A stretch of DNA of 63,942 nt, counting the filler, from Ionaspis alba (Eukaryota): NCBI GenBank assembly GCA_964255285.1. It is 4 parts of 4 records of this genome, joined end to end, with 100 filler letters (N's around TTAATTAATTAA, not from the genome) between each part and the next. Parts side by side here need not be neighbours in the genome. Positions count along the whole stretch, not along the records: positions 1 to 16,270 come from CAXUUL010000350.1; 3 more parts are not named here. One strand, 5' to 3'. The notes under the pieces were generated by a model that saw nothing but the letters and a program-made list of their open reading frames with translations, was not told the DNA's origin and did not search any database. The translations under genes and the position numbers were made by a program. Positions 1 to 11,900 of this stretch are shown piece by piece. How positions within the stretch are numbered: position 1 is the first letter of the stretch; each line of letters opens with the position of its first letter.

Positions 1-2096
1 GGCATTTGATATGCGCCGCTTCTGGGCGTAGTGGAGTGAGAGTGAGAATGAATGAATGAGATTGAATAAATCGATGACTGTTGAATTGCAAACTGGTGCG
101 TTTGACTTGTGAATGTGCAATGTGATATGAACGCGACGACGTGACTTGGATGATTATTTGTGAGGCGCGAAAACATATGATTTGTGCAGTTGAACTATCC
201 GCGTTCTGCCCAAAACCCATACGCGCGCTTGACACGAAAAACTGATACATTATTAAACGGGAAAAATTTAGCAAGCTCACCCTCTTAGATTTTAGGTAAA
301 CGAGTCAGGAAGCCCATCCCTTAGATATTTCGACCCGGTTGCGCAATCATGGGAACACCACATTTCGGTGTGTCATTTGTTTTATTTGTATGCTGGATCA
401 TTCTAGTCACCACGTTTCACTCATCTGCCACAGTCACGGATCCAAGTCAACAGCCCAGACATTATTCCACATCACATCATATTTCCATTGCGCATGAAAC
501 CATCGCAGCGCATCCACCTCACCTTCAAAACTTTCAGCCTTATCAGGCCCTCAAGCCCATTAGATGCCGGTACCAACACAACCCGAAACACGGACCGGGA
601 ACAAAGGACCTTCGGACTTGGTACTCCGATCGGTCGATCGGATTTTGGGGATGTGAAACACCAACAATGATATCATCAAAGCTTGGAATATTTCTCGTAA
701 GAAGAGGAAGAACAAGAACGAAAAACTCGTGCAAATTGCCTCTGCATTTGCTTCTTCCTTTTTCTTCCCCAGACCATGAGCCGTGACGCGATGGACTGCT
801 GAGTTAAGAGGCTGGTATTTAGAGATTAGCCGAATTGCAGGACATTGGAGGAGAGACATTATGTCTAAGAAACCAATATTTTGCCATCGACCCTTTCGCC
901 TCACCGCTTAGCGTGGTGAGGCGAGAGTCTTAGCGCCATGGCTTCCCAGTTCTCGGTCACTCGGCAGGTTTGGCGAATTGAGGCCGGGACGTTGATCGCA
1001 TGGGGGAAAGCAGATGCCTGGATGATGGCAATGCGAGTGTCATGATGAATTTGGGAATCTGAAGTTGGCAGGGTAGAAGGGAGGGGACACGTAGGTAGCA
1101 AGCGATGATAGGTTGAGAACTGGGAAAGGAAGGGATGAAGGAGGTAAGGAATTAAGGAAGTAGGATTCGGGTAATGAGGATCGTGGTCGTCAAGTAGCGC
1201 CGAGAATACCTTGGAGGATCTATCTCGTCGCGCTGTCAGCGAATTCCTTAACGCTCAGCGGTGTTGGATGGAGTCGTGGGGCAAATAGAAGGAAGATATT
1301 CAGATCCAGGAGCCCAGTCATGAGCCATCTCATCAATGCTAACTTTGTAGCTATGCCGACCGTCGTGAGATTGTATGGAGTTTGATCATCATGTGAGGGG
1401 AAATCGACGGTTGCAGAAGAAGGAACGATAGCTGGCAAGGACGAGAGAAGTGCTTGCTCACCTGGATGTGGAACGCGGAGATGGCGAAGGATCAGGAATT
1501 GCAAGGGAGGAGAGTCGATGGAGCGATTGCTCGAAGGTGGGGGTGAGTGCGGTGGAAGAGGTCGCACTCTCAATCAGAAGAGATCGAAGCTAAAGATCGA
1601 CAGTATATGATTGAAGGAAAGATGAAGAGATCTGAAGATGAAGTCAGCTGGGTTTTCACAAACGAATAGATATAGCAGTAAATCAAGTAGTGACTAGAAT
1701 CAGCCCAGACATTCTCGTCTTCGATGGCGGTCAAGCCAGCTTGGACATATGCTTGTCATTTGGTATGTCGAATCATCATGAAATGGTGAAATGGAGGTAA
1801 AAAGGATTTGAGACGTACCCGTTGAGACACATAGTTGAATTGCAAGCACCGAATTGTATATGAAGGATTAGTGAGACCGCTTACAGGCACTAAATATACC
1901 GATAATTCATAGAAGAGGCTTATGTATTTGTTTTGTCATGTGTACACAAGTAGAAGGACACATTAAGACATATGCAGGTTGTGGGATAGGAAGTTGCTCT
2001 GTTGCAAACAAAACCGCGGTGAAGTAAATACACTGACGACGAGAAGGCGAAAGAAGTAGATACATAAGAGAATACGACAGTCATCACCGATGAAAC

Positions 2097-2781
2097 CTGC
2101 GCAGTACCTCATCAGTATCGAGCCAAAGATGTGCGGAATCAGTAAAGATCTCTCTGACCTCAAACATTTCTGGTCACTCCGATTACCCCGCATCAAGGAG
2201 AGACTTGAATCATGGCAATTGCAGTAAAAATAAAAGAGCATCAATGGGGTTCGTGACGACAACGAGTAGATCGCGGAACAAGGAGATCCTCCCCATGGGA
2301 ACCTAGACATCCGGCCGTCAGTAAGCTGCCAGGATATATAAGATGTCAAGACCGGTAACGTACCTCAAACATATCTGATTTCTTCCTAAGCTCACCTTGA
2401 GCTTGATCCAAAGCTTCAACAAGACGAGTCGACAAGAACTGATCCGAATCATTTACGATCCCGTGCATGAAAAAAAAGCCGGTCTCCTCCAGCTTGGAAC
2501 CTGTGGTGAACTGAAGTGAGCACGAGCCAGGTTCACCCACATATTAACATCCACTCACCTCAAACATATCGTGGTTCTCTGAACCACGAAAGGAGCAAAC
2601 GCCGAAAATGGACCAAAGTGTTTGGACCACAATTTGAACCAGAATAGGTGGTTCGATCGTCACCACCACTCGTCGGTAGTGGTCACGTCCCCCATACCGG
2701 CCATACCCGAACAACACCTGGGCCGGTCTCCTGTGGGCAAAGCCCAAGACCAAACGAACAACCTTATCCCACCTCGAACAA
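2097..2781 (-). repeat. Four ~200-bp periodic exon/intron-like units, each ending (A/T)TGTT(T/C)GAG|GT (degenerate tandem-exon gene?)
   Basis: The + strand motif ACCTC(A/G)AACA(T/A) occurs at 2157, 2362, 2557 and 2771. On the - strand each copy is (M/L)FE followed by a GT donor and a 55-62 nt GT..AG segment (2772-2718, 2558-2501, 2363-2303, 2158-2097). One exon has three in-frame stops. Confidence 0.55.
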
Positions 2782-2789
2782 CCTCGGAA

Positions 2790-2900
2790 TCATGCGAGGA
2801 AAGTGGAGCTGGGTCAGCAGAAGCGAGTTGACCACCGGCACAGCTCCATCTCATGCGAGGGAAGTGGAGCTGCCTTCCTCATGCGAGGAAAGTGGAGCTG
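2790..2900. repeat. Three 22-bp direct repeats TCATGCGAGG(A/G)AAGTGGAGCTG
   Basis: Copies read directly at 2790-2811, 2851-2872 and 2879-2900. Confidence 0.9.
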
Positions 2901-4600
2901 CTGCCACTTCAAGCTTGTCCTACCGGCCATTTCACCGAGCCTGCGGCTGGTTGTTGGACGGAGTGAAACAACCCGAGTGGAGGCTTCCCAACAGTATTGG
3001 GAGGAGTCGAAGGTCGCAACCCAGTGCTCATCAACCACAAGAAGACCCAGAAAGCAAAGAGAATTCTAGAATCGGGTCAGCCGCGACAGAAGCTTTGGAA
3101 GCGACAGCAATCGAGAAAGTGAAGCAAGGAGATCAGTATTGCATGAATGGTATAATATAAAAGGTTGTCTACATCGGAAACCCGAATCAGACTCGTCATC
3201 TAGGTGCTCATCATACAATGCAGTGCAGAGGGTACTTCAGAATTGACCTACCATATATACATCCAACGTCGTTGAAGACGAGAGTCAGAAGACACAGCCA
3301 GCAAGGCAGAAACGCTCTGAGCTCGAGCTCAAAGAGCACAGAGAGATGGCTATAAAAAGCAAGTCAGCATATGTTGTGAATCTTCACAGCTGACAGATAA
3401 GATGTGCGAATGTGTGATTCAGTGGGCGAGGTTTTCTAGGCCTGCCACAAAAGGGCATCTCCTGTCATAATATAGTCCCAATTTTTTGTGAGTACTGTCG
3501 GAGCCCAGTGCCATTCATCCTAATAATGCGCGTAGCTTCAAGCAAAGAAACAAGGCTCGTACCTTGTGCATCGAGTTGGTAGGATGCGTCATCGTGGGTG
3601 CCAAGGGTCATTGAATCGACAGAGTATTTATGGGGGATAGTGCTCTGTCAAGATATCGTATTTGTGTGAAGACTGGATCAGCGTAGCGAGTCAGCTAAGA
3701 TATCTCATGATAATCCAATAGAAGAAGTGCAATGTGCTTGAGCTCAGTCTAAGCCATTTGTTGTCGCCAACGACCGTGAAGGTCTCAGTCGGTAATTTCC
3801 AGCGTGTAAAACACGAAATGATCATCTTTGCTCTTTGCTGTAGGGTACATGTGGAAGATCGGAGTGCTTGGAAAGGAAGCTTCCCTACCATGAAAAGGTA
3901 GACAATGTGTCGGTACCACCTCTATTGGCACATATTCCTTCGCCTAGTGTTGACTCAAGCATTTTGTTAAGGTGGGAAGAGCAAGTGGACATCGGTATGG
4001 AATGGTAGGATCGACTGTTGGATGGCCAAGGAAGTATGGCAGGTGGTCGAAGGAGTGTTGACGGGTCACCTACACAACACCCAAGTCAGCAGGAAGCTCA
4101 GGTGGAAGTATTGGAATCGCATCAAGTATTCTAGCATATCAAAGGTGTATCAGACTGACGTATGCAATAAAAGTTTCATGCCTTGAAAGGTCAAAGACTC
4201 TAGTTTTGCGGTTTGAACAAATCATCAGGAGAAGGTAGGAAAAGCGTTGTATAAGAGCTCAAGAGCCATACGTACACTTTGGAATTGTATGCCAATCCGT
4301 CTTGGATCACAATGGGTGACGGAGGGTTTCAACAGAATATCGAGAATTTCTGTGTGATCACTGGCACTAGATGTGAAGAGCTCTAGAAATTTTGGAACAT
4401 CTTAAGTGGATGACACTAGTGGAGTGAAGCTAGATGGGACACGTGACCAAAGCCGGATTGGCCATTCCTGCATGTAGATTCAAAGCGTGCAAATAGACGT
4501 TGACTGCCTTTATCAATGGGTAACCTCCCACCAGGCGTGGTATCAAATGACGTTTCATCATTCAATCGTGATTTCTACATCCTTTAAATTCCGTACTCTA

Positions 4601-4613
4601 CGGAGGATATCGG
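4601..4613 (-). promoter_or_regulatory. Putative AcuK/AcuM (gluconeogenic Zn2Cys6 heterodimer) site, CCG-N7-CCG
   Basis: The + strand reads CGG-AGGATAT-CGG, the reverse complement of CCG-N7-CCG, upstream of the fructose-1,6-bisphosphatase gene (a known AcuK/AcuM target in Aspergillus nidulans). Confidence 0.5.
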
Positions 4614-4644
4614 CTGGGTACCTGCGCCATGAGACCGAGGCTAG

Positions 4645-5082
4645 CCCCGTGCCTAGGGACAGTAGGCAGTCACAGTAGGCACTAGATCGGAAAAGGGAAT
4701 TTACAATAAATTTCAAACGTAAAAAAGGAGGTCCAAGCGCCTCGCCCAACGCGCCGTTTTTTCCCTCCCCTACCTCGTTTTTTCCCTTCTACGCGTCTAG
4801 CGTTTTTTGTTTTTTTCGAAATTTTCCCCCAAAATTATCTCGAACCGTTCGTCGCGGGAAATTCACCTATCTCGAAAAGCAACTGTTAATCGGTTTAAAA
4901 AACGTTTCACAGCCTCAATTCGAGACCATCTGTATAAACTAACTAGACAGTTAGTAGTGGATTTAAAAAAAAAAAATTTACTTGCAAAATTCGTGGTAGA
5001 ACCTCAAGAAATATAAAAATATCGTGAAATTTACTGTAAGTTCCCTTTTCCGATCTAGTGCCTACTGTCCCTAGGCACGGGG
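4645..5082. mobile_element. Non-autonomous MITE, ~58-bp TIRs, 8-bp TSD GAGGCTAG
   Basis: The left end CCCCGTGCCTAGGGACAGTAGGC[AGTCACAGTAGGC]ACTAGATCGGAAAAGGGAATTTACAATAAATTTCA is the reverse complement of the right end TGAAATTTACTGTAAGTTCCCTTTTCCGATCTAGTGCCTACTGTCCCTAGGCACGGGG (2 mismatches plus a 13-nt insert on the left). GAGGCTAG occurs at 4637-4644 and 5083-5090. The interior is AT-rich and non-coding. Confidence 0.92.
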
Positions 5083-5089
5083 GAGGCTA

Positions 5090-5114
5090 GCGGGGTGGAC
5101 GGCTCCACGCGGGG
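5090..5114. promoter_or_regulatory. Cluster of CreA/Mig1-type SYGGRG sites
   Basis: GCGGGG at 5090-5095 and 5109-5114, and CTCCAC (reverse complement GTGGAG) at 5103-5108, about 300 bp upstream of the fbp1 ATG. Confidence 0.5.
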
Positions 5115-5414
5115 CAGTGGATGTCATGAAAGAACGCCTGTGACAAAACACTCGTCAGATGTCAAATGGGGTCGTCGACTCGGTACTTGAAGCGCGCCAT
5201 GGAACCCTCTTCTTGTTATCCTCTAGTTCCATGGTTCAATTGTCCATCTGTACTTCACTACTTGACTCCTGAAACATCCTTCCTCTATCCGCATCGGAGC
5301 ATCGGGACAACCCCACTCCTATGCTCACATCCCAAGCTTAACCAAGCGACCATTCCAACAGTCTTCTCTGGAAAATAGCTTTGAGTCCTGTAATCTGATA
5401 ATACAACCTCAACA

Positions 5415-6643
5415 ATGGCAGCCACAGACGGAGATGACATGGGCCCTGCTGGAGGTCAAACGATCAATACCAACATCGTGACCCTTACCCGCTTCCTGAC
5501 TGAAGAACAATCCAAGCACAAGGAAGCCACAGGAGATTTCACGTGCGTCAATACCTACCCATGATACCCTCTCCTCGACCCAGAACCCACTCCCCTTACT
5601 GATGTCGTGATCTACTGCCTTGACCAACTTTACTGACTTCTTCACCCAGCCTCCTCTGCCACGCCCTCCAATTCTCCTTCAAAAGCATAGCCTACTACAT
5701 CCGACGTGCCACTCTCATCAACCTTACCGGTCTCGCCGGCTCCTCCAACACAACCGGTGACGACCAGAAGAAACTCGATGTCATCGGCAACGACCTCTTC
5801 GTCGCCGCCATGCGCACCTCCGGCAAATGCCGTCTTCTCGTCTCCGAAGAAGAAGAAAATTGCATCGTATTCAACGAGAATAAGGGAGCTAGATACGCTG
5901 TCGTCTGCGACCCGATAGACGGCAGCAGCAATCTGGATGCTGGAGTCAGCGTGGGCACCATCTTCGGCGTTTTCAAGCTCCAGGAGGGGAGTGAAGGAAA
6001 GGCGGAAGAGGTTCTGCTTCCAGGCACGGAGTTAGTCGCTAGTGGGTTTACGATGTACGGTGCATCGGCACAACTTGTCATCACGATGAAGGGCGGGACG
6101 GTCAACGGCTTTACGATGGACAATGCCCTTGGCGAATTCATCCTTACGCATCCAGACATGAGGATGCCGAAGACCCGATCGATCTACAGCGTCAATGAGG
6201 GAAACAGCATGTACTGGGAGGATCCTGTCAAGGAATACTTCCATAGCTTGAAGTTTCCCAAGAGCAAAGACGGGAAACCGTATAGTTCCCGATATATTGG
6301 CAGTATGGTTGCGGATGCTTATCGGACGCTGCTCTATGGGGGAATCTTTGCCTATCCGGCAGACAAGAAGAGTCCAAAGGGGAAGTTGAGGATTTTGTAC
6401 GAGTGTGCGCCTATGGCAATGGTGTTTGAGAATGGTGGGTCTCCTTTTCCCGTCACTACTGAAGATCCCAAGCTAATTTCTCTTTCCTTCGTAGCTGGTG
6501 GTCAAGCAGTCAACAGCCGTATGGACCGCATGCTTACCATTGTTCCTGAACACATTCATGATCGATCTGGCATCTTCATGGGTAGTTATGATGAGGTGCA
6601 GAAAGTCATCGACATGCATGCTAAGCATGCTAAAAAATCATGA
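5415..6643 (+). CDS. fbp1: Fructose-1,6-bisphosphatase class I (acuG/FBP1)
   Basis: Motifs GDDQKKLDV, DPIDGSSNLD, RYIGSMVAD, GKLRILYEC. Exons 5415-5542, 5650-6434 and 6495-6643 with GT-AG introns. Confidence 0.98.
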
Positions 6644-6952
6644 AAGCTGAATAGCGGGCATGACATTCAGGAGTATTGATCATGAGTTTAGCTTAGTGTA
6701 CATACCTTCACAATAACATCAACTGAACTCGTCATCCATGGCAAGAATGTAACAGACCTGGTATGACCGGCAAGTGAGCAAGAAACCCAGAATACCACGA
6801 AGGCATGGGTGACCACTGTGGCAAAGATTCACGAAAAGTATGGAGTTAGAGGGTGATAGATTCGAGGCTAAGCCTATGAAAACGCTTGAACACCATGAAT
6901 CAGAAGAGGTCATCTGTACAGTGAAAAGAGACAACGCTGATGGAATCAAGAA

Positions 6953-8650
6953 TCACTGGCCAGGCGAGATGAGCAAGCCCTGCTTCTGCGCATCATGAGC
7001 CCAACCACCCGCTCTAGCAATACCGCCGTTCTTCTCCGCATACCCCTTCACCCTCGCCTCCATTTCCGGTCTGAAGTGGCGAATGAGACCCTGCAGCGGC
7101 CATGCAAATGCCTCTCCCAAAGCTGACGGACATTAGCACCATCCTAAATCACAAAGGATGCAAGAACATCACTCACCACAAATCGTATGCCCCTCCACCT
7201 GCTTCGTCAACTCCTGCAACATATCAATCTCCCTCTCCCTCGCCTGGCCCCTCTCAAACCTCTGCATGATCTGCTCAGTCCACTTACTTCCCTCCCGACA
7301 CGGCGTGCACTGGCCACAGCTCTCATGCTTATAGAAAGAACTCAATCTCGAGATTGCCCTGATGACATCCGTGCTCTTGTCCATTACAATGACTGCCGCC
7401 GTCCCTAGTCCCGACTGGCTGTCTTTCAGCGCATCAAAGTCCATCAGCTGTTCGTCGCAGATGTTCTTAGGCAAGATAGGTGTGGATGATCCGCCCGGAA
7501 TCACGGCTTTGAGATTGTCCCATCCACCTCGTACACCGCCACAATGCTTGTCGATGAGCTCTTTGAGCGGGATGCTCATTTCTTCTTCGACGGTGCAGGG
7601 ATTGTTGACGTGGCCAGAGATACAGAAAAGCTTGGTGCCGGAATTCCGATCACGCCCGAAGGAGTTGAACCAGCTACCGCCACGGCGGCAGATAGTTGGA
7701 GCGACAGCAACAGTCTCGACGTTCGCGACTGTGGATGGGCATCCGAAAAGTCCGACGGAGGCTGGGAAGGGAGGCTTTAGGCGAGGCTTTCCTGGCTTGC
7801 CCTCTAATGACTCGATGAGAGAGGTCTCTTCGCCGCAGACGTAGGCACCCATGCCGCGGTGGATGAAGACGTCGAAGTCGTAGCCACTGCCGCAGGCGTT
7901 CTTGCCAATGAGACCTTCTTTGTAGGCTTCCTGAATTGCGCGCTGTAGAACGGTAGCTTCGTGGTAGAATTCTCCTCTGATATAGATATAGGCTGCGGTA
8001 CAATTCATGGCTCGGCCGGCAACTAGACAGCCTTCGATGAGCTTGTGGGGGTCTTTTCGCATGATCTCCCGATCCTTGCAGGTTCCGGGTTCGCCTTCAT
8101 CGGCGTTGACGACGAGGTACCGTGGTTTGGTGTCTTTGTCCCAGTCTTTGAAGTTCATGAATGACTGTCAATGTCAGTCATGTTCTCGAGATTGGGGATG
8201 CTCTACCCTACCCATTTCATCCCAGACGGGAATCCAGCGCCACCACGACCCCGCAGTCCTGATGCCTTGATCTCGGATATGATCTGAGCCCCATCAGCAT
8301 TTGTTTAGAAGACCCGATGTTCCAGCACGAACCCAGTCATGGCCCTTCAATATAATCTCTTTTGTTTTATACCAGTCCCCATACTTTATCGCACTTTTCA
8401 GATCCGTTCCATGATGCCCGTAAAGATTCTGGAAAATCCGATCCTGATCCTTCAATCCACCGAAGTGTGTCTTCTTAGGCGGTGGTGGCGCACCATCTTG
8501 TACTGTAGCTAATCCACGACTTTGCTGCCGCGAAGATGAGGGGGTTGATGGTTGAGCGGAGAGGCGTGCTGCTGTAGCAGGTACAAGAGGAGAGACGCGG
8601 TGAGAGAGGGCATTGATAGCCTGTGTCGTGGGAGGATGCCGCGAGATCAT
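6953..8650 (-). CDS. nuo51: NADH:ubiquinone oxidoreductase 51-kDa flavoprotein subunit (NDUFV1)
   Basis: Motifs [56 protein letters not shown]-terminal presequence-like segment and three introns. Confidence 0.97.
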
Positions 8651-8994
8651 TGTGTGTTCAACGGCGATCAGAGGACGGTGGAGGAATTGGTCGTGAAGAG
8701 TAATACAGCGGCAGAAGAAGTCGAGGACATCATACTCAAGATAGGCGAGCCGGCAGATCTTCGTGGTCGCCACAAGTGAGTCCCGCTAGCTGCTTTGAGA
8801 CTAGAATGATATTCTTTTTCAATTCTTGGGACATCTCAACTGTTATTAGAAGCACAAAATGTGCTGGGTGGTTTGGATATCTCATTCTAAACTAAAGACA
8901 TAAAGACAAGCTCGCGCTTTTCACTTCCGCTAATTACAGAAATCGCACGAGCAATCCTTCTATGCATCTTGAGCAACAATCGCCATTTTAACAT

Positions 8995-11900
8995 CTACTT
9001 CCCACCAGCCATCAAAGCATGGTAGTAATTCAGACTCAGTTCCATCGTATGCTTCAAATAGGTATCCTTCGTCAACGGCAGATGCAAAATGCGACCAGGA
9101 TCATAAGTCTGGATGTAAGTTAGTAGTCGTCCCTGATGTAGGAATTCAAATGTTGGACTTACACCCTCCCTATCCTCGAGCACCACCCGCCCAACAGTCG
9201 CACTCATCTCCTGCACAGCTACCATCTCAATGAACTCCAATTTTCCTGATCTTTCTTCTATCATGTTGGGCAATGCGTGCAGCAGCCTCTTGACGACTGG
9301 ACTCCTTTCTCGTCCCTTAACGCCTTTCATCAGTCGCACGTAATCTTCGTAAACCTGGCCACCAAGAGGCCAATCCCGAACCTTATCCTTCCCGGCAAAG
9401 TTGTCAATCAAGCGTCGCAGAGTAGTGTAATCTTCTTCAATAACAGCCTGAGGCGCCACAATCTGGCAAAGAGTCTTGTGAGCCTCGTTCCAGTTCTTGG
9501 CTCGGAGCAGGTATTCGACTTCCTTCTTGTGATCCTCTTGAACGGTTCTGGCGTAGAGCGCTTTCGCTTCCCAAATCCATGTCTCAGGGATCTTGAAAGC
9601 ATTTAGTAGCAATTTTTGGAGAGGAGCGTCAGTTTCGTTGAGGTCAGCAGCATGATGTGCCAAAGTCGTCTGTAAAGCTTTCTGACGCTGTACACGATCG
9701 GAGAAATGAAGCTGGACAAAGAGCGCCCAGGTCCACTGTCCGGCTGCTTCCAGTTGGGTCGCAAAGTCCAAAGTCAACTGATCGGCTCGCTCAGGATCAG
9801 CTTCTGCCGGAAATCGAGCTGCGAAAGATTGATAAAGCTCAAATGAGAAGCGCACGTCAACTGGATTGCCCGTGGCATTTTGGGGCATCACAATATCGGC
9901 CAGTGGTGCTCTATTGTCAGGATCTGCGAAGAATTTGAGCAAACCCCAGAGTAGATCTTCACGATCAACCGCGTGGTCATCAGTCCAAGGGAGATTGACC
10001 CTTTCCTCGACGAACCACGGAACCGGGTATGTTGTCTCGCCAGTTTCCAGATCTGCGGCATATTTCTTGACAGCCTCCTCAATAGTATCGTCGGTACGTA
10101 TGGCGTACCAAAGCCTGAGACCGAAAGCGCGTTTCCAGTCAAATTTGAAATGTTCGCTAAGGGCAAATGTGCTGGCACGGTCTTCAAGAGGGCCTTTCTT
10201 ACCTTCGCAAATGCAGGTAGCACCAGCGAGAAGACTGTAGAGAGCTCGGATGGGCTCGCTCATCTCTGACAAAACATTGAGGTTCCTCCACTCGTTAATC
10301 TGGGTTGTCATGTCTTGGTGAATGATCTGATCACCACCTATCTGAGCCACTAACGTTGCAAGTCGGAAGTCTTTCCCCTCAACGAGAGCATCGCAGGCCT
10401 CGACAGTATTGTGCATTGAAAGATGAGCGATGGCGCGTTCTTCCGCAGATGGTGCAGCAGTAAGCGCGTCTAGGGCCTTGCCTTGACAGATCTGAGCCCA
10501 GAATTCTGAGAGACGTTCCTTTATAATCCGTGTCTTGAAAACTTCTCTCTGAGCGTCCGTAAGACCTTCGTTGTGATTGTCGTCATAGTTGTCGAACAGG
10601 ATGCTGGCAAGTTCCCAGACAAGATGTTCGTGGTTGAATTCGGAGACATCATCAAGGAAGACCGCGTGGAATGGTAAAGGTTGAGCTTTGGCGAAAGGAA
10701 CACCATGCTCGCTGGAGATTTCTGAGAGAGTCCGGTGTCTTGCGAAGGTCTCTGGGGTGAGCTGGGTGTGGTCAGAGCCGGATATCATAGAACGACGCGT
10801 CGCTTAGGGTAGACATACCTCAGCAGATATGGCAAACTTGGAAGTCCTAAGATCTCGTCCTTCAGAGAAGATCGTGTCACGAGTGTCATTCATGATAGGG
10901 TTTGTATGCAACGTCTTGCCATGAATTCCGTTCTGCGTGGGCATGGCGTAGAGTAGGGTAGTTCCGGGACCCCACGTGGGTTTGAAGGACTCGTGATATG
11001 TTCTTTCAACCTCGTTCATTTCGTGGTCATTTTCATTTGTGTTCGAATTTTTAGGATAAGGCCACTAAGTAAATGCACGATTCAGCTTTTGCACTATCAT
11101 TATGTACTACGTACATGGATACAGTCTGTGCTCGCTGCACTGCCCAAATACACCCTCATTTTCGGCGTCGCAGAAACATGGGAGAAAATCAAACCTCGAA
11201 TCCTATCCTTTGCCCACCCTGCTTGACACCACGTCCACTCTTTCGTGCTTCATCCTTTCCGAATAACGAATTCATGAGGTCGATACTTGTCGCAAACCCT
11301 TTCCCGGCCTTTGATTTTCCTGTAGTTGTTGGAGTAGCTTTCCTGTCACTATCTGTCTCCCTGAACAGACGAGCTTGGGATTCCCGGAGGGTTTGACGAT
11401 CTTGCTTCCGAGGGCTGATTGTCTGCTGCAAATGCTCGGCCCAAGGATCTCCGAGGTCCAAAGCCGATTTGCCGGGTGTGCCAAATCCGATCAAACTTTG
11501 TTGCTGGCTCGCTTTGAGGATCGACTTTGGCTGGAGGATAACAGTGGCAGGTATAGCATCCTGTGCCTCAACAGTAGTAGGAAAAGCGCCAGCCATTTCC
11601 ATCTCATTATCTTGTATCACCAGCGAATCGTCTCCCATTTCCTCAACTTCTTCTTGGTCTTCGCTCGGCTCCTCAGGTCCGTTCTCAGAAGGCGGAGTAA
11701 CCGAGCGCTCACCTAAAAAAGACTCCCCGTTGCGGTGAACCTCTTCCATTTCCTGGTCGTCCTCGAAAGCCGATGCATCATCATAAGCTCCGGGAAAGAG
11801 TCTCTTCTTCTTGAAATCAAAAGTGTCGTCGGGTCCTGAAGTAATCTGGGAAGTTTCGTCCGAAAGCATTGACGAATCGTGTTCTGATGAACGTGGCATG

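Noticed and set aside
1..380. Possible 5' leader and terminus of a transposon or gene running off the left edge (- strand ATG at 5-3)
   Set aside because: No partner TIR or coding sequence inside the window to support it.
349..2090. Several 60-145 aa ORFs and scattered splice-like signals
   Set aside because: No recognisable domain and no consistent gene model.
2790..2900. CRISPR-like interpretation of the 22-bp repeats
   Set aside because: Only three copies, spacers of 39 and 6 nt, eukaryotic context, no cas genes.
3100..4500. Stop-interrupted coding-like frames (possible relic gene or TE)
   Set aside because: Could not assign any family by eye.
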